This document shows positions 52,206-64,000 of a stretch of 64,000 nt of DNA, one piece after another. The position numbers and the translations under genes were made by a program. The notes under the pieces are model-generated. The model saw nothing but the letters and a program-made list of their open reading frames with translations, had not been told where the DNA came from and ran no database searches. Within the stretch, counting starts at the first letter, position 1, and every line of letters starts with the position of its first letter. The DNA is from Octopus vulgaris (Eukaryota). The stretch covers positions 50,220,001 through 50,284,000 of the forward strand of contig OX597829.1 of NCBI GenBank assembly GCA_951406725.2, given 5' to 3'.

Positions 52206-53784
52206 CATATTCTCTTAGGCCCAAATCAGAAGATCTTTTCAAATTATAGATATCATAAGTGTAGGTCATTGTAATCTAATTTTTTTCTTTATATGCAATG
52301 TGTATCCTATTATCTCCTATCAAGTTATATGTCAAATAGTGTCTCAAAGGACCTGCTTATGTCCCTATTCATTAATTAAAAGCAATAATGTAAGGAAACT
52401 ATAAACTTTTAATTATGTAATATATTTTCAATCACAATAATGAAATTTTTTCATCCTGAAATCTTGGGTAAAAACCTCCCTTCATTCATGGATAACCACA
52501 GGATTGCACCTAGAAAGTTCTTCTCTGAGTAAGGTTGTTTATGGAAGACCAGCAGTCACCCATGCATACCAACCTCCTCCCCTCTCCGTGCCACCAATGT
52601 TATCCAAGGGAAAGGCAAAGGGGCCGATACAGCTTGGCACCAGTGATGTTGCAACTCATTTCTACAGATGAGTGAACTGGAGCAATGTGGAATAAAGAGT
52701 CTTGCTCCAGGACACAACACACAGCCCAGTTCAGGAACTGAACTCACTACCTCATAATTGTGAACCTGATGAGGGAGTGGCTGTGTGGTAAGTTGCTTGC
52801 TTACCAACCACATGGTTCCGGGTTCAGTCACCTTGGGTAAGTGTCTTCTACTATAGCCTCGGGCCGACCAAAGCCTTGTGAGTGGATTTGCTAGACGGAA
52901 ACTGAAAGAAGCCTGTCGTATATATGTGTGTATATACGTATGTGTGTGTATATGTTTGTGTGTCTGTGTTTGTCCCCCACCCACCCAATGTTACTTGACA
53001 ACTAGTGGTAGTGTGTTTACGTCCCTGTGACTTAGCAGTTCGGCAAAAGAGACCGATAGAATAAGTACTAGGCTTACAAAGAATAAGTCCTGAGGTCGAT
53101 TTGCTCAACTAAAGGCGGTCACAGTCAAATGACCGAAATAAGTAAATCAAGAGTGAAAGAGCACCTTCACCAGGGATAAGTAAAATGTCTTTGAAGTACA
53201 ATACCTGCCTACTGCTGACTCAAGAGTGCTCAGCTTACGGTGCTCAGCTTGGATTGAGGTTTGGCATGAGTATGTTTGTTAGTTTGTGTCAAAGTTGTGT
53301 ACTGCAAGGTGAGGATTCTTTGCTTGATTTCAATGTTATTAGTTTTTCCTTCTCAGAATTTACATCGTTAATACGTAACTGAGACATTCTGATGGAACCT
53401 TGGACTCAAATGGGACAGATTTGTTAATCAGATGAGATACTAGGACAAAGATCCTTGAAACCTATTTCTTTATTACCCACAAGGGGCTAAACACAGAGGG
53501 GACAAACAAGGACAGACATAGGTATTAAGTTAATTATAGTGACCCCAGTGCATAACTGGTACTTATTTAATCAATCCCGAAAGGATGAAAGGCAAAGTCG
53601 ACCTCAGCGGAATTTGAACTCACAACGTAATGCAGACGAAATACTGCTGAGCATTTCGCCCGGTGTGCTAACGTTTCTTCCAGCTCGCCGCCTTAAAGAT
53701 CCTTGAAACCGTCACTGTCCCTGCCAAACTAAGATATATGGTATGCTTGTAGACATATAGATGTGTGTGTGTGTGTGTGTGATG

Positions 53785-55105
53785 ATGATGATCATCATCA
53801 TCATTTATTTAGCATCCATTTTCCATGCTGGCATAGGTTAGGCGGTTTTACTGAAACTGGTAAGCTGGAGAGCTATACCAGGCTCCAGACTATTTTGGCT
53901 TGGTTTCCACAGATGGATGCCCTTCCTAATGCCAACCACTCCATAGAGTATACTGGGCGTCATTTATATGTCATGGGTCCAAGAGCCTGTAATGTGCCAC
54001 CAGAACGAGTGTCTTTTATTTGCATCACACCAGTGCAAGTGCCTTTTACATGTCACTGGCAAGGGTGCACCACACGTGTCACTGGCACAGGTGCCTTTCA
54101 CGTGTCACCAGCACTGGCAACGACTATAATTTCACTAAACTTGACATGGCTTCTCAAGTGCAGCGAATTGTCAAAAGTCCCGGTCACTTGTCATTGCTTC
54201 CATTAGATTCAACATCCAAAGATCCTTTCTCACCCCACATCTTCTTGGATCTATCCCTTCCACAGGTTCCCTCCACAATTAGAGCTTAATACTTCTTTAC
54301 ACAGCTCTCCTCATCCACACGCATCCCATGACCATACCAGTGCAGTCTTCTCTCTTGCACACAACATCTGATGCCTTTTATACACAATTTTTCTCTTAAG
54401 ATGCTTACATTCTGTCATATGTCCATTCTTTTATTCTTTTATTTGTTTCAGTCATTTCACTGCAGCCATGCTGGAGCACTACTTTTAGTCAAGCAAATCG
54501 ACCCCAGAAATTATTCTTTGTAAGCCTAGTACTTATTCTACTGGTCATTTTTGCCGAATCACTAAGTTACAGGGATGTAAACACACCAGCATCAGTTAAG
54601 CGATGTTGGGGTACAAACACAGACTCACACACACACACACATATATACATACGATGGGCTTCTTACAGTTTCCGTCTACCAAATCCACTTGTAAGGCTTT
54701 GGTCAGCCTAAGGCTATAGTAGAAGACACTTGGCCAACCATGTGGTTGGTAAGCAAGCTACTTACTACACAGCCACTCCTGTGCAAATCCAGCAGAACCT
54801 TTCAAGCCTTTGCACGTCCTCTGCAGTCACAGCCCATGTTTCACTACCATGTAGCATGGCTGTTTGCACACAGGCATCATATAGTCTGCCTTTCACTCTG
54901 AAGGAGAGGCCCTTTTTTTACTAACAAAAGTAGAAGTTTTCTGAACTTTGCCTAGCCTTTTCTTATTCTAGCAGCTATCCTTTCAGATCATCCTCCTCCA
55001 CTGCTGATTTGGTCACCTAGGTAATGGAAGCTACCTATAACTTCTAAATATTCCCCTGGGCATTTGACAACGTCTGTTCTCTGTAGTTTCCTAGTGTTTA
55101 TTGTA
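53785..55105 (-). mobile_element. Old RTE 3' portion interrupted by a SINE (about 54428-54780)
   Basis: Colinear with 5040-5665 on both sides of the SINE. Confidence 0.8.
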
Positions 55106-55167
55106 CCTACACATCAGCCAAACACTGTATAAAAATATGTAATGTACATGTGTGTGTGTGTGTACAC

Positions 55168-55243
<76 letters not shown>

Positions 55244-56110
55244 TAATAATGATGATGAAGACAATATATGTTATCCAGAGTGCTCTTGGCATCAAAGGTT
55301 ATTTGCTATCTTGCATTTGCTAGACTTTGGGACTCTAGTAGTCTGCAATAGATACAGCTCATTTTCAGCAAAACATGGATGCTTGCCAAATAACAAAGAA
55401 TGGCCCTCCATGTGAAATTAGCATTTCTATGGAAACCTACCTAAAGTGATCAATGAGATCAGTGTACAATGTCTCCGTGTATCAGATCAATGTAGGTGAT
55501 ACCAAGGAGAAGACGAATCAAAGCTTGTGCTCTGAGATCCATGGCACGGTACTTGGAAGCATGGAAAATGCCATCTGACATTTACTGACACAGGATCAAG
55601 ATGCCTGATAAAATGGTTTTGTCTCCAAGGACTGGGTGGGAACGTGACCAAAGTAAAGCAAAGTAAGTCAAATAGACTGGATTACCATAAAATGATGCCT
55701 TAACGAAAGGCAGTATGAGAATTGAACCCGTTACCTTACAAACATGAGTCAAACAGTCTAATCACAAGTCTTGGCACCTTCGCAAATGGTTAAAAGTTAA
55801 AGAGATTATATAACTAATGATATGGAGAAAATGTGTGTAAAGAGATTTTCCCAGGGAAGTGTGTGTGTGCGTGCGTGCGTGCGTGTGTGCGTGCGTGCGT
55901 GTGTGTGTATATATATATCAATGGGGTTTTCTAAGTCAAATATCACATTGGAGGATGTAATTGGATTTTGAAGACATGACTGAATGGAATGTAAAAGCAA
56001 AAGAAAAAGAGACAAGGGAAAAAAACAGACAGACGGACAGACAGATAGATAGACAAACAGGCAGGCAGACGGACTGACAGACAGACAAATAGACAGACAG
56101 ACAGACAGAC

Positions 56111-56161
<51 letters not shown>

Positions 56162-56242
56162 TAGATAGACAGACAGACAGACAGATAGATAGATAGACAG
56201 ACAGACAGATAGATAGACAGACAGACAGATAGATAGACAGAC

Positions 56243-56277
<35 letters not shown>

Positions 56278-56294
56278 TAGATAGACAGACAGAC

Positions 56295-56326
<32 letters not shown>

Positions 56327-56579
56327 TGACAGATAGACTGACAGATAGACAGATGGATAGATAGACAGACAGACAGACAGACAGATAAGGAGAGAGAGAG
56401 AGAATGGGTGAGAGAAGTGGAATCATGTAGGGAGATGGCTATAATGTAGCCAAAAAGAGACAGTGGAAGAGAAGAAAGATATAAAGAAAGATGGTAAGAA
56501 AGTGGAGTCAACAAAGAGGTAAGCAGAATGAAAAACAGGAAAAGACAACAAGTGCAAGGGACAAAGATAAGCAAGGAGA

Positions 56580-56610
<31 letters not shown>

Positions 56611-58156
56611 TTGATAAATAGTGTGAGTGAAAGGGAGATGGTTAGATAACAGAAGCAGACATGAAGAGAGACAGAGAGATACTTATGAGAAAGGTGGGAT
56701 GCAGAGAGAAAGAGGGGGAAAAGTATTAAGAGAGAAGGGAAATAAAGAGAGTGTGGTGAATGAAGTGAGAGAGAGGGAGAGTGATACAGAGAGAGACAGA
56801 CAGATTCAGGCAGCCGACAGTTAGAAAGTGATAGAGAGAGAGTGTGGTGAATGAAGTGAGAGAGACAGAGAGTGATACAGAGAGAGAGAGACAGACTGAC
56901 CGTCAGGCAGCCGACAGTTAGAAAGCGATAGAGAGAGAGAGATAAAGAGAGTGTGGTGAATGAAGTAAGAGAGACAGAGAGTGATACAGAGAGAGGCAGA
57001 CAGGCTGACCGTCAGGCAGCCGACAGATAGAAAGTGATAGAGAGAGAAACAGACAGAGAGCGATAGAGAGATAGATAAAGAAAGGCAGATAGAAAGAGAG
57101 AGGCAGAGCGGGAGAAACAGAGGAGAGAGAGATCAAGAAAGATTTAAAAATTGAAAGAGTGTGAAATTAGAGAGAGAGGGTGAGAAAGAGGGTGATAAAA
57201 AGGGTAGGAGAGAAAGAGGAGGAGGTGGGAAGATGAGAAAAAGAAGTGTGAATAATGGAAGGCATTATATAGAATGTTGATAGAAAGTACGTAAACATGG
57301 ATGGAAGCTCAATAGAGATTTATATAATTAAGTTGGAAGTGTTGCTCAATTTTATCTGCTTCAAGGAACAGACATTGTCAAGTAAACTGTCCAGAAAAGC
57401 ATGTGATAAGATGGGATACGGTGGCGATGATGGCGAGGGAAAGGACGAGGGCCGAGGGCGATACGACGTGATGCGTGTGTGTGTACGTGTGCGTGTGTGT
57501 GCGTGATGTGTGTGTACGTGTGCGTGTGAGTGATATGTGTGTGTATGAGCGTGTGTGTTACGTAGAAGGTGTGTGTTTGTGTGTGTGTGTGTGTGTGCGT
57601 GCGTGCGTAATGTGTGTGTACGTGCGTGTGTGTTACATAAGTGTGTGTGTGTGTGTGCGTGTATGTGTATGTGTACGCGCGTGTGTTACATAAGTGTGCG
57701 TGTGTTTTACGTAGGTGTGTGTGTGTGCGTGCGTGATGTGTATGTGTACGTACGTGTGTGTAACATAGGTGTGGGTGTGCGTGATGTGTATATACGCGCG
57801 TGTGCGTGTTACATAGAAGTAGACAGTGGGAACTAGAGGAAGAGCGAAAGAGAGAGAGAGGGAGTAGTGGTTGTAGAGAGGAAGACGGATAGATATACTA
57901 TAAGTAAAGGTGTTGTGGTTGGAAGAGGTTGATAGAGAGAGAGACAGAGGGGGGGGGACGAGAGAGAAAAGTAAGACAGAAAGGAAAGAGAGATAAAAAG
58001 TCTGACAGACTGAGAAATAGATGAAGCGTAGAGATAGTGAGAGAGAAAGGGACAGAGACATGCAAAGAGAGAGAGAAGGCGACAAGTATTGAATGTGTGT
58101 GTTTAAGCATGTATTTGCATGTTGTATGCAAGTGAATATGTGTTTGTGTGTGTCTG

Positions 58157-58195
<39 letters not shown>

Positions 58196-58655
58196 AGAGG
58201 ACAGAGATAGACTGAGAGTAAGAGGGAGAGAGACATGGAGAGAGAGAGGGAGCTACAAAGATAAAGGGAGTAGAGAGAGAATGAGGAGACAGACAGAAAG
58301 ATAGACCAGGGAGGGGAGATAGTGGAAAAGAGAGGGAGGCATACAGACACACACACACACATACGTGAATGTATGTGTTCATGTGTGTGTATGTATATGT
58401 GTGTGTGTGTGCATGTGTGTGTATGTGTGTGTATGTGTGTGTGTGTGTGTATGTGTGTGTGTGGAGTGGAGAAAGGAACTAATGAAGTAAAATGATGGCG
58501 CTTCTAAGCCATGGAAATATTGTTCTGAGAGAGATGTTAAGACATGGGAAGACATATAAAGAAAGACACTGTTTGCTCTCAATCAGTCAGGCAGAACTTT
58601 CAACTGAATCGAAATCAAAGGAACATCCCAAGAACTTAAAGTTTTACGACCATAA

Positions 58656-58686
<31 letters not shown>

Positions 58687-58689
58687 TAC

Positions 58690-58790
<101 letters not shown>

Positions 58791-58819
58791 CATATATATA
58801 TACATATATATATATAATG

Positions 58820-59418
58820 AGATAGGGGTTGAAAATTCAACCCACCATTAGCCCTTTTTTTTTTATAAAAAAAACTATTAGCTAAATATGTATGATATCG
58901 GTACTTATTAATATTATATATACACTGTTATATATTTTGTTTTATTTTGTTCTGGTTACCTTCCTTTTTGTACAAATGTGTATTATATTATACAAGTGTA
59001 GCATTATGATATATAAGTTTTTATATTTTACTTTTTTATATTTTTATATTTATATGTATATGATTATATAATATTTTTCACTATTATAACAAATTTAATT
59101 TAATTCTCTGAAGAGGCCGTGGGGCATCTTTGTTAATGCCTCATTTATACCTGCCTTTATGGCTTATAGGTTAAATGAGGTATGACTGTCCTCACTGCCG
59201 AAACAGCTGTCAGTTTTGATTTATTTGCATATTGTATTTGTAATTTTTTACTTATATCTCTTTATCTTTTTACTTTTACTATTACTTTATATCTCATTTC
59301 ATTTTATATATTGCCTTTACTCCTATGTAATGGTGTATTAAAGTATGGATTGAGTATCATCGGATAGTTGATGTTTTATTGATTTAAGTATGTTTCTCCA
59401 TTCTCTAATTTTGTAGTA
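58820..59418 (+). mobile_element. Second copy of the hammerhead-bearing element, about 90-bp internal deletion
   Basis: Colinear with 8431-9115 except for loss of about 8460-8547; embedded in (TA)n. Confidence 0.7.
59106..59215 (+). ncRNA. Second copy of the same hammerhead motif
   Basis: CTGAAGA 59108-59114, GAAA 59200-59203, GTC 59209-59211; appears identical to the 8801-8910 copy. Confidence 0.72.
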
Positions 59419-59451
59419 CATATATATATACATATATATATACATACATAC

Positions 59452-59507
<56 letters not shown>

Positions 59508-59779
59508 ATATATATGTGTGTGTGTGTGATTCACATTATTAAGCAGAAAAATAACTGTTCAGTGTTTGTTTATTATTTTGAGTGTTTTTTTAATATTTTT
59601 TGTTTTTTAATATTCTTATTTAAGGGAGTTCAATGACGATGATAATATTTGGTCAGGAAACAGCATTTTTCTAGATTCATAAAGAAAATTTTATGTAAAA
59701 AATAAAACTATTGAAGTAAAAGAAAAATTGTTGTTCAAATGAAAAGAAGTCTTTTGTTTGTTTTTATATTTATGCAAAT

Positions 59780-60545
59780 ATTATCATCATAATAATGATA
59801 ATCATCATCACCACCACCACCATCGCTTCCATCATCATCATCACCATCACTGCCACCACCACCATCGCTTCCATCATCATCATCACCATCACTGCCACCA
59901 CCACCATCGCTTCCATCATCATCATCACCATCACTGCCACCACCACCATCGCTTCCATCATCATCATCACCATCACTGCCACCACCACCATCGCTTCCAT
60001 CATCATCATCACCATCACTGCCACCACCACCATCGCTTCCATCATCATCGTCATCATCACCATCATCACTGCCGCCACCACCATCGCCACCATCATCATC
60101 GTCATCATCATCACCATCATCATCACACCATCACTTACATCATCATCATCGTCATCATCACCATCATCATCATCACACCACCACCACCACCATCACTTCC
60201 ATCATCATCACTGCCACCACCACCATCGCTTCCATCATCATCATCACCATCACTGCCGCCACCACCATCGCCACCATCATCATCGTCATCATCATCACCA
60301 TCATCATCATCACCACCACCACAACCATCACCACCATCACTTACATCATCATCATCGTCATCATCACCATCATCATCATCACACCACCACCACCACCATC
60401 ACTTCCATCATCATCACTGCCACCACCACCATCACTTCCATCATCATCGTCATCACCATCATCATCATCACTGCCACCACCACCATCGCTTCCATCACCA
60501 TCATCACTACCATCACCTCTATCCTCATCAGTATCATCATCATCA
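59780..60545. repeat. (CAT/CAC)n trinucleotide tract with a 42-bp higher-order unit
   Basis: cgcttccatcatcatcatcaccatcactgccaccaccaccat repeated about 5-6 times perfectly, then degenerate. Confidence 0.93.
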
Positions 60546-61689
60546 GTTTTCAATGCTAAACCAACCAAGGATTATTTTACAAATCAATATGAATTGTTGA
60601 AGCACATTTTTTTTTTCTTTTTCTGCTTGACGATTTTTCTTAACATGAATCATTGAACCATGGCTAGTTTATTGAGTATTCCGTTCATTAATTTCAGAGA
60701 CTTGGTTTCTAAGCATTAAATAAATGACAACGCTAAAATCCCTTTTTCATTGATGTCGAAACATTAAACAGTCTATCTTAATTTCAGGCAACATTTCCAC
60801 ATGATCCAATACCTGTTAAGGTGAAATGATACAATGTAATATTCTGTCGTTGTGTTTTGTACATCCAACCTAACTCTTGAATGCTTTTAGTTAAGTCTCA
60901 TCTTTCGCAGAAATTCATCTTAGGATAATGAATCTCGTCTTAGGATAATTCTTCCTCCCTTACCTCTTTCAAGTAAATTGGAGCTCCCCTTCCTCTTTTA
61001 AGCAATAAAAGACAATAATTAGTAAAAACATTAATTAGAAGCAACATTAATACCAACAGGTACAACCACATGGTTCTGGGTTCAGTCCCACTGCGTCTTC
61101 TACTATAGCCTTGGGTCAACCGAGCCTTGTGAGTGGATTTGGTAGATGGAAACTGAAAGAAGCCTGTTGTATCATCATCATCATCATCATCATCATCATT
61201 TAGCGTCCGCTTTCCATGCTAGCATGGGTTGGATGGTTCAACTGGGGTCTGTGAAGCCGGAAGGCCGCATCAGGCCCAGTCTGATCTGGCAGTGTTTCTA
61301 GATCAGACTGGGCCTGATGCGGCCTTCTGGCTTCACAGACCTCAATTGAACCGTCCAACCCATGCTAGCATAGAAAGCGGACGCTAAATGATGATGATGA
61401 TGATGATGATGATACAACAGGCTTCTTTCAGTTTCCATCTACCAAATCCACTCACATATATGTATAAGTGTGTCTGTGTTTGTGTCCCACACACACACTC
61501 ACAACATCGCTTGACAACTGATGTTGGTGTATTTACATCCCCGTAACTTAGCAGTTCGGCAAAGAGATTGGTGGAATAAGTACTAGGCTTACAAAGAATA
61601 AGTTCTGGGATCAATTTGTTCGACTAAAAGCGGTGCTCCAGCATGACCGCAGTCAACTGACTGAAACAAATAAAATAAAAAAGAAAGGT

Positions 61690-63140
61690 AATATTTATCT
61701 CCCTTCTTGAAAGTGCACTTTATGTTAAAAAGCAGGATACTGTCATAGTTATCGTGGGAGAACCTTTCATGTGGACCTGTGATGCATATAAGCATTTGTG
61801 TTTATATTGCTAACAGGAGACAATCGTCTGCTATCACTACCAGAACTGTCAGATGATGATTTCAGCCTCCTTTGGCCTTGTCAATGGTAGATGTCTGTGC
61901 TTAGAGATAGCAGTGATTCCTTCATCAACAATATATATAGAATCTCAGTGTCCATTCAGGCACTGGTATCACAATAGCCAATGAACTTATTAAAAAATAC
62001 GATGCAGCACGGATTTTTGTCAGTGAACAGGTTGCGGTCTTAAAGCGCCGAAAATATTTTGACAAATTAAACTTAAATGTTGAAGTGAATCGAACGGCTT
62101 TTTGTGTGTTTCTTAAATGGCTTATAAATACCTTCCACGCTGCAATTGTTTTCGTTTCAGCACACGATCTCAGATCAAATCACTTGCTATGCAAGTACAT
62201 CTCCGTAAAAAAATAATTAATAATGACAAGTTGTATTAATATCAAAAGAGAATATTTATACCCACTTATAAATGGATGTTGTGCTGGACTACAGAATTCT
62301 GCAATATTTATCATGAAAGAACTTTTTGTATGAGCCTCTGGTGCATATAAGCACTCTTGCTTATATTAGTAACGGGAGGTAATCATCTGCTATCATTGCC
62401 GGAACTACCAGATCATGTGATTTCAACCTTTCTTGGCCTTGTCAGTGGTAGGTACCCATGGCTAAAGACAGCAGTGAGTCCCATGAGAGAAATATATATA
62501 GAATGACAGAACCTCAACAAGCACTGCCAGTGGGCTTATATCAAGAAATAATTATTAGGGATTTATCCCCACCACATAAAAGTGGACCTTGGGTTAGAAT
62601 ACAGAGTATTGTGATAGTTGCCATGAGAGAACTTCTCATAAGGTTTTGTGGTGCATATAGACTCTCTTGTTCATATTGGTAACGGGAGGTAAGTCATCCA
62701 TTATTGTTGCCAGCACTACCAGATTACATGATTTCAGCCTTTCTTGGCCTTGTCAATGATAGATGCCCAACTGCTGGAAAAAGCAGCAACAGTTCTGCTA
62801 ACGATATACATAGAATCTCAGTATCTATTCAGGCACTGGTGTTACATACAGCCTGTGGGATTATTAAAAAATAATTAATAGTGACAGAAGCAGTATTAAT
62901 ATCATTGCCAGAACTACTAGATCATGCGATTTCAGCCTTCCTTGGCCTTGTCAATGGTAAATGCCCACAGCTAGAGAGAGTAATGATTCCTTCATCAGTG
63001 ATATATAATCTCAGTGTTTATTCAAGCACTGGTGTTTTAAATAGCCAACGACCTAATTAAAAAACAATTGATAGCATCAGAAGCAATACTAATACCAAAA
63101 GGTGGTTATTGTACCACAAGATCTCATGAGAGGTTCTCTC
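61690..63140. repeat. Old diverged tandem repeat (about 200-370-bp units, at least 4 copies)
   Basis: Conserved block tttca(g/a)cctnnnttggccttgtca(a/g)tg at about 61860, 62421, 62732 and 62930. Confidence 0.8.
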
Positions 63141-63212
63141 AAGGTAAATAATGCAGTATTCTGTGTTCCTACACAACATACACAACATAAAAGAAATAAC
63201 CTATGAAAGACA

Positions 63213-63553
63213 TCTTTATATATAAAAGTGAGGTTGTGTGCTGTCTGTCTCCTACGATTTAGATTCCTAACTACTCCCACATTTTGCGGTGCAGTTTAGC
63301 CAAAACCGGGTATCTTATAGTCGTGATTCATATCGAGCCCTTCTGGGTATTAGCGCGCGTCTACGATGAGTCTACAATTTTTTAAAAAATTACCATCATT
63401 TTTTCCCCATTTTTAATGCATTTTTGGCATATATAAGGGAAGTAACTCTTTGTGGTTAGCCATATTGAGATGGCTATTATACTTTACATCTCTAAAAATG
63501 CTTATATAGTTATTTCCCTTACAAACCCGAGCAACGCCGGGCGATACTGCTAG
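63213..63553 (+). mobile_element. Non-autonomous Helitron
   Basis: A|TC start; 3' hairpin CCCGAGCAACGCCGGG then CTAG|T; no TSD. Confidence 0.8.
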
Positions 63554-64000
63554 TTCAACATAAATATTTTATTGTTAAAATACATAACATATATGCTGTG
63601 GATTTGAACTTAAGAACTCTAAGTTGCTGATTCAATACTTTATTCTCTCAGCCATTGTATTTCTACCTAAGTTAGGGTAAAATGCAATGTTTTGTTTGTT
63701 TTTGTTGAGTCCTAAGCTTTGATTAGAAACTATTAGTTGAATAATCTTTTAGTAAATTTTCTTGTAAATATTTTATGCATCTGTAAAGTGTCTTGTAAAA
63801 TAGATAAAACATACTAGAGGTTTCAATGTTTCAAATAATAGACAAGGCATTCCTTTTTTGATTATTTGCATCTACTGGTTAAACGGTCTTCCAGCAGTAA
63901 TTCCTGTAAGCGTTGCCTGATTATGAAAGTTGCTCTGCAAATCACACAAAGTGTAATGGAAGATTTCATTGATCTAATGGCTTTCCATCTCACCATCTTA

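Noticed and set aside
55925-55979. Strong polypyrimidine acceptor followed by MSSKSNYI, resembling CEP104 KSDYI
   Set aside because: That frame stops shortly after and lacks DDLAFDMYQD.
59758-60600. 280-aa His-rich ORF (possible histidine-rich beak or metal-binding protein)
   Set aside because: A CAT/CAC microsatellite open in several frames, with no signal peptide and no Gly/Ala-rich composition; the 42-bp periodicity is a DNA-level repeat.

Overview
Eukaryotic, AT-rich, extremely repeat-dense DNA. The microsatellite load, tRNA-derived SINEs and RTE tails are typical of an octopus (coleoid cephalopod) genome; this assignment is an inference. Nearly all ORF-track entries are microsatellite or transposon artefacts. 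The only host gene I can support is on the minus strand: 8 internal coding exons (43189-43244, 40702-40857, 39421-39448, 36731-36926, 32089-32171, 30270-30352, 26264-26422, 13382-13443). They have GT-AG ends, join in one 823-nt open frame and translate to the coiled-coil, DERPLP linker and start of the TOG domain of CEP104. The flanking exons were not found, so the whole window is probably intragenic. Introns hold RTE, CR1, R4/Dong-like and Penelope-like retroelement relics, a DD37D (maT) transposase relic, hAT/Tc1/piggyBac MITEs, Helitrons, several SINE families and satellites. Most interesting signal: at least seven minimal type I hammerhead-ribozyme-like cores with palindromic stem III, in non-coding elements sitting in (TA)n tracts. 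Two near-identical copies 50 kb apart keep a complete catalytic core with an unusually long (85-nt) stem II. Several long fold-back structures could form intronic dsRNA. All calls were made by eye; repeat boundaries are approximate and family assignments come from recalled motifs, not searches.
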